DNA from: Rubripirellula sp.
GTDB lineage: Bacteria > Planctomycetota > Planctomycetia > Pirellulales > Pirellulaceae
Assembly: GCA_965216875.1 (NCBI GenBank)
Contig: OZ244207.1
Location: 4,992,001 to 5,056,000, forward strand
Direction: 5' to 3'
Length of the DNA stretch: 64,000 bases
Shown here: one piece after another, positions 18,106-27,299 of the stretch
Layout: the number at the start of each line of letters is the position of its first letter
How positions within the stretch are numbered: position 1 is the first letter of the stretch
The notes under the pieces: model-generated
What the model saw: only the letters and a program-made list of their open reading frames with translations
Told to the model about the DNA's origin: nothing
The model's database searches: none
Translations under genes and position numbers: made by a program

Positions 18106-19953
18106 GTGACGCAGTGCATCGAGGCACGGTCAAACCAACTCCGATGGCATGGATGTCCTCACACGCGCATATGGTCTGTCCATCCATCCGTCGTGACGTC
18201 ACGTCCAGCTAGCTTCCGCCCACTCTCCTTTGCCGTCGCGATGGTCGCGTTGACGTGCAGCGGTTGCTTAGTGACCCGAGTGAAATGGCACGAGCCGGTC
18301 TTTGCCAAACCGGCCAACGTGGACGCGTCCGATCCTTCGGCGATTGCACAGAGCGAACGCAGCTACGCCCGAGCGGTGGAACTGGAAGAGCAGGGGAGTG
18401 CGGCTTGCGTTGACCACTATTTTCAAGTGGCGGTCGCAACCGAAAAGCACGATCACTGCGGACATGACGATTGCCGAGCATGCGAGCTGCACAAGAGCGC
18501 GCTGATGAAGGTCGTCACAACCGGTCAACGATTCGGGCGGCTTGATCGAAACGTCGGTTTGACCATCAAGCTTGACGGGATCTGTCATGTCATCCCGATC
18601 GATCATCGCGGATTCGTTTGGAAGCCTGATGACTTTCGCAAACTCATCCCGGTCGGGCACTACCGCACCAACGCCATGTCACGCGAGCACCAATGTGATG
18701 GCGTTGGCATCCCGCTTGTCGTGCGCACGTGCCATCCCTGCGACAACGATTTCATTCCCGATCATGTTCATTTCGCTGCCACACTGCGGCTCAATGTTTG
18801 CGCCTGTGCCGATCCCTCGAGTGAAGACAACGCCCAAGAATTCTCCGGCGAATCGATTAGCGCCAAACGTTGTCAACTTCAACTCTATGATCCCTTGCGA
18901 GTCTGTTGTGCGACCGTCGATGGGATCCAACGCCCACTCGCGAAAGACACGTCGGCCCCGTTGGTCTATGCGTTGCGAAACAACCCGCGAACTTACCTGA
19001 CAGGATTCCTTACTCCCGATTCATCCAACGAAAACGATGGCGAGCTCTACATGCTCGAGCCCTACCAACCGGGCAAAATTCCGGTGGTGCTGATCCACGG
19101 CCTCCTTTCCGATCCCTACACGTGGCTTGAATTCGTCAACGAGATGCGAGCCTGCCGAGGGTTTGTCGAACACTTCCAACTTTGGGTCTTTGAATACTCA
19201 ACCGGCGAAGTTTTTCTCTCGAGCGCCACGGAATTGCGGCAGCAACTCAAGAGCATTCGCAACAAGTTCGATTCGCTCCATCACGACCCACAACTTTCCA
19301 ACATGGTGTTGGTGGGTCACAGCATGGGCGGGTTGATTGCAAAGCTGCAGGTCACTCAAAGTGGTGATGACCTCTGGAATTCGGTCTCGTTTCGGCCCTT
19401 CCATCAGATTCGAATGCGGAGCGAGCTGCGTCAGGAAATTGCCGCGTCATTCTTCTTTGAACCCACCAACGATGTCTCGCGTGTGATCTTCATCGGCACA
19501 CCCCACAAGGGCTCCAATTATTCGCGGCGGATTGCGGGACGCTTGGGATCGGCACTTGTGCGTCGTCCGGAACAGCAGCGGCAAGAACACGAACAACTCA
19601 TGCGGGCCAACCCCGACGCGTTCTCGCCCGAGGTCCGCAAGCGGATTCCAACCAGCATTGACTTGCTGGACACCGAAAGCTGCCTGCTCAAAGCCATCGA
19701 CCGCATTCCGATACGACAAGACGTTTGTCTGCATTCAATCATCGGCGACCATTTCGGAGGGGTGATTCACGAGCGAACCGACGGCGTGGTCCCGGTCTAC
19801 AGCGCTCGGCATCCGCAAGCGATCTCGGAAAAGCTCGTGCCCACCAACCACGCCAATCTGAACAAGCATCGCACGGCGATCGAGGAAACCGTTCGCATCC
19901 TCAACGAACATCTTCGTCAGCACCAGCCCTCTTTTGTGAGGCCGGCAATCTAG
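18106..19953 (+). CDS. Lipase-like alpha/beta hydrolase (possible lipoprotein)
   Basis: PVVLIHGL, VGHSMGG, FIGTPHKGS, DGVVP; start uncertain and may lie further downstream. Confidence 0.85.
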   Translation: MTQCIEARSNQLRWHGCPHTRIWSVHPSVVTSRPASFRPLSFAVAMVALTCSGCLVTRVKWHEPVFAKPANVDASDPSAIAQSERSYARAVELEEQGSAACVDHYFQVAVATEKHDHCGHDDCRACELHKSALMKVVTTGQRFGRLDRNVGLTIKLDGICHVIPIDHRGFVWKPDDFRKLIPVGHYRTNAMSREHQCDGVGIPLVVRTCHPCDNDFIPDHVHFAATLRLNVCACADPSSEDNAQEFSGESISAKRCQLQLYDPLRVCCATVDGIQRPLAKDTSAPLVYALRNNPRTYLTGFLTPDSSNENDGELYMLEPYQPGKIPVVLIHGLLSDPYTWLEFVNEMRACRGFVEHFQLWVFEYSTGEVFLSSATELRQQLKSIRNKFDSLHHDPQLSNMVLVGHSMGGLIAKLQVTQSGDDLWNSVSFRPFHQIRMRSELRQEIAASFFFEPTNDVSRVIFIGTPHKGSNYSRRIAGRLGSALVRRPEQQRQEHEQLMRANPDAFSPEVRKRIPTSIDLLDTESCLLKAIDRIPIRQDVCLHSIIGDHFGGVIHERTDGVVPVYSARHPQAISEKLVPTNHANLNKHRTAIEETVRILNEHLRQHQPSFVRPAI

Positions 19954-20075
19954 GTGGTGATTAGACTGTGGGGAACTAGGCTGTAGGGGTTTAGCAAAGA
20001 GGTCAGCAACCGTTCTCGGGCTACCTCAATCCCGATACCCTCTGCACCAACCGCCCCTCCCTCAGCGAAAGCCCG

Positions 20076-20504
20076 ATGGATTCTGAACTCAAACCGATGA
20101 GCACCAAAGAGCTCACACAAGCCGTCGCAACGCTGCTCGAGCGAGAGGAACGCCGCGAACAGCTTCGGGAGAAGCGACGCAAAAAGAAAGTCGTCGAGGA
20201 AAGACAACGGTTGCAGGCGAGCGTCGATCAGTTGGCTGCCTCTGTCAATGTGATCAAGTGGTGCGTGGTCGGAATCGCGTCGGTGATGGCCGTCGCGTTG
20301 TTGGTCCTGATCCTGGTGATCGTCGAAGTCGAGCGAGAAGTGGAACGCGTCAAACTCGAAGCCGAAAAGATCGTTGGTCGCGTCCACGAAATTGAAGCGG
20401 AAGCCGAAAAGATCCGCGAGAAGATTCGCCACCCACTCGAAACTCTCGGCGGCAGCCTCGGACGTAGTCTCGAATCAAAGATTTTCGATGCGCTCACCGA
20501 ATAG
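20076..20504 (+). CDS. Hypothetical single-TM coiled-coil protein
   Basis: Charged helix - TM - coiled coil. Confidence 0.7.
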   Translation: MDSELKPMSTKELTQAVATLLEREERREQLREKRRKKKVVEERQRLQASVDQLAASVNVIKWCVVGIASVMAVALLVLILVIVEVEREVERVKLEAEKIVGRVHEIEAEAEKIREKIRHPLETLGGSLGRSLESKIFDALTE

Positions 20505-20782
20505 GCTCAGCCACCTTTGAGCTGCCGGCATTGACATAACGATTGCCGAGCCGGGAAGAGACAACCACCGATGACACGAATAACACGGATAGTTGACCGG
20601 CTTTGGCGCTGTTTTCCAACAGAACGAGTCAAAGCCCAATCACCTCAACTGAGCCGTGATCGCGTAAGCGGCCGGGCCTTACACCCATGGTGCATGGGGC
20701 CGGCTGAGGCCTCAAAGCCAACGGCACACAGACACTGCGGCATTACTCACGACGTGCCATCCGTCTAGAAGCCGCCATCCGT

Positions 20783-21220
20783 TTAGAAGCCATTGATAAG
20801 AGGCACGACAGGAGGAGCGTAGTAGGCTCGAACCGGTGCCACGACAACCGGTCTGGCCACGGTCACCGGTGCAACAACCGGTCGGGCGACCACGACGGGG
20901 GCCGCCACAACGGGAGTCGTCAAAACGGGGCGGGCCACCGTGACCACCGGAGCCGAAACGACGGGCCGCGCGACGCTCACCACGGGTGCCGCTGGCGCGA
21001 CGGGAGCGACGGGGACAACCGGCGCGGCCACAGGTGCAACGACCGGACGGTAAACGACTCGGCGACGGAACAGACCACGACGCTCGGCCGTGTAACCGAC
21101 CACTGCTGGGACAACCGGTTGCACCGCTACGGGATATTGAGCCTGGGCATCGCTGCTGCAAGCCAATACGGCAATCGTCGCAACGATCGCAACTGAAAGG
21201 GTTCGGCGAAGGGTCAGCAC
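20783..21220 (-). CDS. Secreted Pro/Val/Ala-rich low-complexity protein
   Basis: AGGAG RBS; signal peptide ending AQA-Q; VVGYTAERRGLFRRRVVYRPVV; VARPVV repeats. Confidence 0.8.
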   Translation of the reverse strand: MLTLRRTLSVAIVATIAVLACSSDAQAQYPVAVQPVVPAVVGYTAERRGLFRRRVVYRPVVAPVAAPVVPVAPVAPAAPVVSVARPVVSAPVVTVARPVLTTPVVAAPVVVARPVVAPVTVARPVVVAPVRAYYAPPVVPLINGF

Positions 21221-21381
21221 GGGTCAACTCCTAGGGTTTTGTCCGCTTTAGATTCCTGGTGAATCGAGTTTGGCGTATCTGCCAAGCGAGCGGAATTTGT
21301 TTTGAGCGGGATGCCGAACAGGCAACGGCGGTTTCGGTCCCCCTTACGATAGTCATTCGTCGATCTCCGTGGGTCGAAAAT

Positions 21382-21399
21382 GGGCATTTGAATTGCCAA
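21382..21399. promoter_or_regulatory. Overlapping divergent sigma54-like -24/-12 motifs
   Basis: + GGCATTTGAATTGC and - TTGGCAATTCAAATGC both fit GG-N10-GC. Confidence 0.4.
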
Positions 21400-21681
21400 T
21401 TCGCCTGACGCTTCTCGCCGTGAAACTCGTAAATCGTGGTCCAGTTCGACGTCGAGGCAGTCGACGGCAAAATGCCTGCCCCTACCGGACACTTCGGGCG
21501 CCGCAACAAACCGGATCACTCGGTCGCCCGCTCGCGCGTGCTCGCCTGGCCGCAAAAAGATTCGCGAAAAAACCGCGCAGCTGTAATCATGACGTGGTGG
21601 CGCCCCTTTTACTTGTGAAGCCGCAAGAAATTGCGTCCTTCACAAGGCTAAACTGACTCACATCAAAACGAGGCAAGAACG

Positions 21682-21963
21682 ATGTCCACAACGAGCACTC
21701 ACCTGGAAAACTTGATTTCGACACTCAAGCAAGAACGTGACGAACTGAAACTCAGGATGCATCTGGCCAGCATGGAGGCCCAGCAAGAGTACGAAAAAGT
21801 CTCCGAGCAGCTCGACAAGCTCTCGGATGAGTGTGAACCGGTCACGTCGGCTGTTGGTGAAACAGCCGACAACGTTCTCTCGGCACTGGGGCTGGCTGCC
21901 GAAGAGCTGCGCGACGGCCTGACGCGTGTCCGCGATGCGGTGATTGAAAAGGTTGATTCCTAG
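21682..21963 (+). CDS. Small helical hypothetical protein
   Basis: LKQERDELKLRMHLASMEAQQEY helical hairpin; GAGG RBS. Confidence 0.75.
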   Translation: MSTTSTHLENLISTLKQERDELKLRMHLASMEAQQEYEKVSEQLDKLSDECEPVTSAVGETADNVLSALGLAAEELRDGLTRVRDAVIEKVDS

Positions 21964-22011
21964 CCTTACGTTTCCTGCTTCCACTTCCCACCTTGAAAGA
22001 GCTCCACTGTT

Positions 22012-23664
22012 TTGGAAGTCAGCGACCTACCACGATTGATGCGCAATGCGAGCCGGTTCCACGAAGTGGTCGGCGTGCTCATGAAATACGGATTGGCTCC
22101 GTGGCTTGGCGGTGTTCAAGCCGAGTGGGTGCAAAAGCACCTGCGGAGCCACGATGGGCAACAGATCTCGCAACTCCCCGATGATGTTCGCACCCGAAAC
22201 GCGCTCACCGAACTTGGAACGACCTTTATCAAGCTCGGTCAAATCCTGAGCACGCGTGCCGATTTGGTCGGCCCGGAACTCGCCGCCGAATTGTCCGAAT
22301 TGCAATCGAGCACGCCGGCTGATGATCCGGAACAAGTCATCGAGACGATCACCAATGAACTCGGAGATCATCCCGACAAGCTCTTTAAGGCATTCGATTC
22401 GCAAGCCATCGCATCGGCTTCCATTGGCCAAGTTCACCGAGCAACGCTGCATGACGGAACCGACGTGGTCGTCAAAGTGCAACATGCCGGGATCGAAGAT
22501 CGGGTCAAGAACGACATCGAAATCCTGATCGAAATCGCCAAACTCGCCGAAACCTATTCAAACGAAATCGCTCAGTACAATCCCGTGGCCACCGCTCGGG
22601 AATTCCAAAAGACCCTGCTGGATGAGTTGGACTTTACGCGCGAACAACGAAACCTAGCGCGATTCTCGGCAAACTTTCGCGAAGACCCCAAGATTCGATT
22701 CCCCGAGCCTCACGCTGAATTCTGTAGCCGTCGTGTTCTGACGATGGACGCTCTGGATGGAATCAGCGTGTCGGATCGCGATGCATTGGTCGACTCGGGA
22801 TATGACTTGACCGATGTTGCCCGCCGCGGCGCCAACATGTTTCTGAAGATGGTCTTTCGGGACGGCTTCTACCACGCCGACCCCCATCCCGGAAACCTCA
22901 TGGTCCTTGCCGACGAAGCAATCGGCGTTCTCGACTGTGGGATGGTCGGTCGAGTCGACGAAGACTTGCGCGAACAGGTCGAAGATCTGTTGATGTCGGC
23001 CGTCGACCGGGACGCCAATCGTTTGCTCGACGCCGTCGTGTTGCTGGGCGAAGTCCCCGCCGACTTTGACCGCGGCCAACTCAAGGGCGATCTTGTCGAA
23101 TTCATCGACGAATACGGTTCGCAAGCGATTGACCAGTTTGACCTCAGTGGTGCGCTCAACCGAATGACCGACATCATTCGTCGGCACCATATCCTTTTGC
23201 CGTCTCGCGTCAGCCTGTTGATCAAAATGTTGGTGATGCTCGAAGGCACGGCCCAGCAACTCAATCCAGCCTTCAACATTGTCGAACTGCTTGAACCTTA
23301 CCGGCACGAGGCGATCAAACGCAGGCTTTCACCCGAGCGAATGTGGCGCAAGCTTCAAAACACTCATCGCGATTGGAGCCGTCTGGTCGAATCCTTGCCT
23401 GCTGACATTTCGGATATTGTCAATCGAGTGCGACGCGGCAGCTTTGATGTCCATCTCGAACATCGACGACTCGACTCGATCGTCAACCGTATGGTGATGG
23501 GGCTCCTTGCGTCGGCGCTGTTCGTTGGATCGGCGTCGATGCTCAGCAACCAAGTTCGTCCGCTGCTCTTTGACACCTCGGTGCCAGGCGCGGTCGGGTG
23601 TTTGGTTGCCATGTTCTACGCGTTCACTTTGATGCGCGCCATCAGGCGATCTGGCAATATCTGA
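22012..23664 (+). CDS. ABC1/UbiB/AarF atypical kinase family protein
   Basis: FIKLGQILSTRADL, ASASIGQVHRA, VVVKVQ, YHADPHPGN, DCG; C-terminal TM helices. Confidence 0.93.
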   Translation: MEVSDLPRLMRNASRFHEVVGVLMKYGLAPWLGGVQAEWVQKHLRSHDGQQISQLPDDVRTRNALTELGTTFIKLGQILSTRADLVGPELAAELSELQSSTPADDPEQVIETITNELGDHPDKLFKAFDSQAIASASIGQVHRATLHDGTDVVVKVQHAGIEDRVKNDIEILIEIAKLAETYSNEIAQYNPVATAREFQKTLLDELDFTREQRNLARFSANFREDPKIRFPEPHAEFCSRRVLTMDALDGISVSDRDALVDSGYDLTDVARRGANMFLKMVFRDGFYHADPHPGNLMVLADEAIGVLDCGMVGRVDEDLREQVEDLLMSAVDRDANRLLDAVVLLGEVPADFDRGQLKGDLVEFIDEYGSQAIDQFDLSGALNRMTDIIRRHHILLPSRVSLLIKMLVMLEGTAQQLNPAFNIVELLEPYRHEAIKRRLSPERMWRKLQNTHRDWSRLVESLPADISDIVNRVRRGSFDVHLEHRRLDSIVNRMVMGLLASALFVGSASMLSNQVRPLLFDTSVPGAVGCLVAMFYAFTLMRAIRRSGNI

Positions 23665-24363
23665 TCACTGGTTTTCACGAATCAGCTTGATCGCTTCGTT
23701 GGCCAAACGCAGGCCGAAGGTCTTGTAGCCCTCGGCCGAATAGTGCAAGTCGTCTTTGATCTCTTTGCCTTTGCGGTTGAGGCCGTCGTTGAGGTCATCG
23801 GTGTCGACCCACCCGCCGCGAGGATGTTTCTCTGCAACCGCGACTTGCACTTCACGAATCTTGGTCCAATGCGGATAGCGTTTGTTGGCCATATCGAAAT
23901 CGCTCAAACGCCCAATCACCAAATTCACATCGTCCCGTTTCAAATCATTCGAAAGCTGTTTGTGGAGTCCCAACAAACTGTCGCCGTAGACGTCACCATG
24001 CTTTTCGCGGGCATCACGTTCACCTTGCATCCAAAGAAAGGTGACTGAAGCAATCTCTTTGCCTTTGATCGCGGGCGAAACTTTTCCCATCAATCGATCA
24101 TAGAGGTCACCAGTCTCAGCAGGCTTTTTGCCGTCGCCCGACTTCCAATCGCGATACCAACGTCGAATCGGTTGGCCACCGTGGGCGTCGAAAACAACGA
24201 TCACGTTTTCTTTTCCAAAGGCTTCTTGGACGGTTGGCACAAACGACTCACTGGGCCTCAGTCCGGCCATATTCGATTGCCCCGAAAGCACGAACAGATG
24301 CTGGTCCGCAAAGGCGTTGCCATGAATCAACAACGCGCCGAGTAGCAAGAAGGCAAACCGCAT
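23665..24363 (-). CDS. Secreted SGNH-type sialate O-acetylesterase / acetylxylan esterase
   Basis: LSGQSNM, WMQGERD, DDLHY; signal peptide. Confidence 0.88.
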   Translation of the reverse strand: MRFAFLLLGALLIHGNAFADQHLFVLSGQSNMAGLRPSESFVPTVQEAFGKENVIVVFDAHGGQPIRRWYRDWKSGDGKKPAETGDLYDRLMGKVSPAIKGKEIASVTFLWMQGERDAREKHGDVYGDSLLGLHKQLSNDLKRDDVNLVIGRLSDFDMANKRYPHWTKIREVQVAVAEKHPRGGWVDTDDLNDGLNRKGKEIKDDLHYSAEGYKTFGLRLANEAIKLIRENQ

Positions 24364-24463
24364 GACGGGAATCCTCGTGGTGGGTAGGTAGGCAAACAAG
24401 CAGGCGGGAATTGATTCTACTGTAGCTACCGTCACACGGCGGTGGGAGCATCCAACCAAATCT

Positions 24464-24503
24464 GTAGGCCGGATCAAGAAGCGACAGCGACGCAGATCCG
24501 GCA
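24464..24503 (+). repeat. REP family A copy
   Basis: GTAGGCCGGATCAAGAAGCGACAGCGACGCAGATCCGGCA. Confidence 0.9.
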
Positions 24504-24623
24504 TGACGATGGTATCGAGGCGATCCAGACAGTAAGCCTAACGTGCCAGAGCCAGACCCCAAGGAAACAGACGCCCAACCAATCCCAGCCTCTTGCATAG
24601 AGAACGGCGATCGAGCTGTGAGT

Positions 24624-24644
24624 GTCATGCACAGCATGACCTAC
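24624..24644 (-). repeat. REP family C (GTAGGTCATGCTGTGCATGAC)
   Basis: Identical to 59899-59919. Confidence 0.85.
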
Positions 24645-24649
24645 GTGTG

Positions 24650-24997
24650 CTAGATCGCTTCGTTGCCGCGTTCGCCCGTTCGAATCCGGATGCAATCGTC
24701 CATCGGCAGAACAAAAATCTTGCCGTCGCCAATTTCACCCGAATCGCCAGAGCGACCGCCTTCAAGGATCGCATCGACCGTCGGTTGCACGAATTCTTCG
24801 TTGACGGCGATTTGAAGCTGAACCTTACGCAATAGGTTCACACTGAATTCGTGCCCGCGGTAGACTCCCGTTTGCCCTTTCTGTCGACCGAATCCCTGAC
24901 AATCCATCACCGTCAATCGAAAGACTTCAACCTTGGTTAAAGCTTCTTTGACCGCTTCCAATTTGGCGGGCTGGATGATGGCGATGATCAGCTTCAC
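24650..24997 (-). CDS. glnK: Nitrogen regulatory protein P-II
   Basis: GFGRQKG, YRG, GEIGDGKIFV, IRIRTGE; adjacent to amt. Confidence 0.93.
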   Translation of the reverse strand: MKLIIAIIQPAKLEAVKEALTKVEVFRLTVMDCQGFGRQKGQTGVYRGHEFSVNLLRKVQLQIAVNEEFVQPTVDAILEGGRSGDSGEIGDGKIFVLPMDDCIRIRTGERGNEAI

Positions 24998-25073
24998 GGG
25001 ACGCACAACGGAATCGGGGAACGAAATACGAGAGTACTACGTTAGCGAATCCTGGCGTCAGGAAAAGATGCCC

Positions 25074-25110
25074 AAAAAAGAGAAGCCGGCCTCGCGATGA
25101 GACCGGCTCC
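25074..25110 (-). terminator. Intrinsic terminator between amt and PII
   Basis: GGAGCCGGTCTC-atcgc-GAGGCCGGCTTC followed by TCTTTTTT. Confidence 0.7.
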
Positions 25111-25337
25111 TGCAAAACAAACTCGATTCCTACCTGGTTCAAAAGACCCTGCCCCCAACAAGCGAGGCGGACACCTGTTGGGGATCAGGGCGTCTTCTGG
25201 CCCAGGCAAGAGCCGAGAAGCTCGATGTAGAAAGGAGATCGCATCCCGCCGGTTGCTCCGCCATCGGCCGTGGACAGCCGACGACGGAGCTGCGGTGGGT
25301 AGATCATTGATGAATGCTCTCGAAAGACGGCTTCCTT

Positions 25338-25391
25338 GCGTGCTTGATTTCTAGCGTGCTTGATTTCTAGCGAGCTTCATTCCTAGCGTGC
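25338..25391. repeat. 16-bp tandem repeat x3 overlapping the amt stop codon
   Basis: GCGTGCTTGATTTCTA x2 plus GCGAGCTTCATTCCTA. Confidence 0.85.
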
Positions 25392-26780
25392 GGGCATCCT
25401 TGTCAGATCAGCTGGATAAGCGTGCATTCCGTGTTCGGAGACGTCCAAACCTGCCTGCTCCTCTTGAGGAGAAACGCGAAGCAAGCCTGCGAACTTGAGC
25501 CCCACAAAGACGACCGTCATCATTGCGAATGCCCAGCCACAAATGGCGGCCGTTCCGATCAGCTGAGTCATGAAGCTTGTCGCCCCCGACGCCAAATGTG
25601 TGTTCGGCAAAATCCCGATCGCCATGCATCCCCAAACACCGCAGAGACCGTGAACGGGCCAAGCACCGACGGGATCATCAATTTTCAGTTTGTCGAGCAA
25701 CAAGATTCCGGCGATCACAAGAATGCCGGCGACGCCGCCAACGGCGATCGCCCAAACATTGCTGAAACAGTCACAGCAGGCCGTGATCCCCACCAGTCCG
25801 CCAAGCGCACCGTTGAGGCTCATCGAAAGATCTGGTTTCGAAAACAGCCCCCAACTGACCAGGGTTGCCGTCACCACTCCAGCCGCTGCGGCAAGTGTCG
25901 TGTTGACTGCGATCAAGACAAAGGCGTCGATGTCGCCGGTCCCTTGAAACGCAAGTTGGCTGCCGGGGTTAAAGCCGTACCAACCGACCCAAAGGATGAA
26001 GACTCCAAGGGCGGCAAAGGTGATGTTGTGCCCCGGCATCGGAATCGACTTACCATCGGAAGTGAAGCGTCCAAGTCTCGGTCCGAGAATGAGTGCACCG
26101 GCGAGGCCAGCGAATCCGCCTACGCCGTGGACAACCGCCGAACCGGCAAAGTCCTGAAAGCCCATGTCAGCGAGCCAACCGCCGCCCCACTTCCAGTACC
26201 CGCTGATCGGATAAATCAAACCAGTCAGTAGCGCGCTGTAGATCAGGTAAGCTGAAAACTTCATGCGACCAGCAACGGCACCGGAGACAATGGTCGCGGC
26301 TGTCGCGGCAAACACCGCCTGAAAAAACCAATCCGCTTGTGGAGAAAACGTTCGGTCGGCACCTGCTTCGTAGATGCCGGTGCCCCCGAACGCGATGTAC
26401 TGGTTAGCCGCCTCGGCTTCGGCTTCGGACATGTAGTTGCCCGGGTACATCAACCCGAAACCGATGATGAAGAACAACAATGCACCCACCGAAAGGTCCA
26501 TCACGTTCTTGTAGAGAATGTTGACGGTGTTCTTGGCCGAATTGAGTCCTGTTTCAACCATCGCAAACCCGGCTTGCATGAACAACACAAGCACGGCGCA
26601 GATAAACAGCACAGCGTTGTCAAAGGCATAGCCGACACCCAGGTCTTCCGAGACAGATTCGGCAGCAACCTCTTCGGTTTGCGCCAAACATTCGGGGGCC
26701 ACGCACACGCTCGCCAGCGCGAAAAGACCAAACAGCAACGGTACCCGCAGCAGCGGGACACGCAGGGAAAGTTGATTCAT
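25383..26780 (-). CDS. amtB: Ammonium transporter
   Basis: FMQAGFAMVE, DFAGSAVVH, WVGWYGFNPGS, DDPVGAWPVH (twin His); alternative start at 26807. Confidence 0.96.
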   Translation of the reverse strand: MNQLSLRVPLLRVPLLFGLFALASVCVAPECLAQTEEVAAESVSEDLGVGYAFDNAVLFICAVLVLFMQAGFAMVETGLNSAKNTVNILYKNVMDLSVGALLFFIIGFGLMYPGNYMSEAEAEAANQYIAFGGTGIYEAGADRTFSPQADWFFQAVFAATAATIVSGAVAGRMKFSAYLIYSALLTGLIYPISGYWKWGGGWLADMGFQDFAGSAVVHGVGGFAGLAGALILGPRLGRFTSDGKSIPMPGHNITFAALGVFILWVGWYGFNPGSQLAFQGTGDIDAFVLIAVNTTLAAAAGVVTATLVSWGLFSKPDLSMSLNGALGGLVGITACCDCFSNVWAIAVGGVAGILVIAGILLLDKLKIDDPVGAWPVHGLCGVWGCMAIGILPNTHLASGATSFMTQLIGTAAICGWAFAMMTVVFVGLKFAGLLRVSPQEEQAGLDVSEHGMHAYPADLTRMPAR

Positions 26781-26932
26781 TGGAATTGGGGCCTTCTCGG
26801 TAGCCACAACGTGTTAGGGAGGATTCGATGATGGAGGCGACAATGCGACTTTCCATCCACTCATGCCCGGGCCATCAAGCTTCGCTCGAAAGGTGATGAA
26901 AAAGGAAGCGTTCGCTCAGAGGATCAGCACGA

Positions 26933-26949
26933 TGCAACCGCCGGGCCAA
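26933..26949 (-). promoter_or_regulatory. Sigma54 promoter upstream of amt
   Basis: TTGGCCCGGCGGTTGCA (GG-N10-GC), fitting nitrogen control. Confidence 0.7.
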
Positions 26950-27090
26950 AACGCTTTCAATTCCGCATCGGCGTGAAGAGAACGCAGCGATTTGCGGCAC
27001 GAATTTTTTTTATCCCCATCGAGGCGGCCTGGCGTGCCCGAAAAGCTTGCACGCCGCAGAGGCATCGACGCCTAATCAACGTGCAAGCGT

Positions 27091-27225
27091 GCAGGCCGAA
27101 TCAAGGAGCGACAGCGACACGAATCCGGCATGGTCAAGCCTCAACGTCGTCGCCTTTTGCTCCGCAAGAGTTGCGTTGCGGACGCTGAGTTTCCGGGCGC
27201 TACTTTCGCGGAGCGAAAGGCGACA
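27091..27225. repeat. REP family A variant (27091-27130) plus family G palindrome (27148-27225)
   Basis: GCAGGCCGAATCAAGGAGCGACAGCGACACGAATCCGGCA; GTCGCCTTTTGCTCCGC...GCGGAGCGAAAGGCGAC. Confidence 0.85.
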
Positions 27226-27235
27226 ATTCCAGCGC

Positions 27236-27268
27236 AAAAAAAAGCCGGGCTCGTGTTGAGCCCGGCTT
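27236..27268 (-). terminator. Intrinsic terminator of porin 1
   Basis: AAGCCGGGCTC...GAGCCCGGCTT followed by a T-run on the minus strand. Confidence 0.85.
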
Positions 27269-27299
27269 GATGAATTGCCAATCGTGTCCAACTCGTTTC

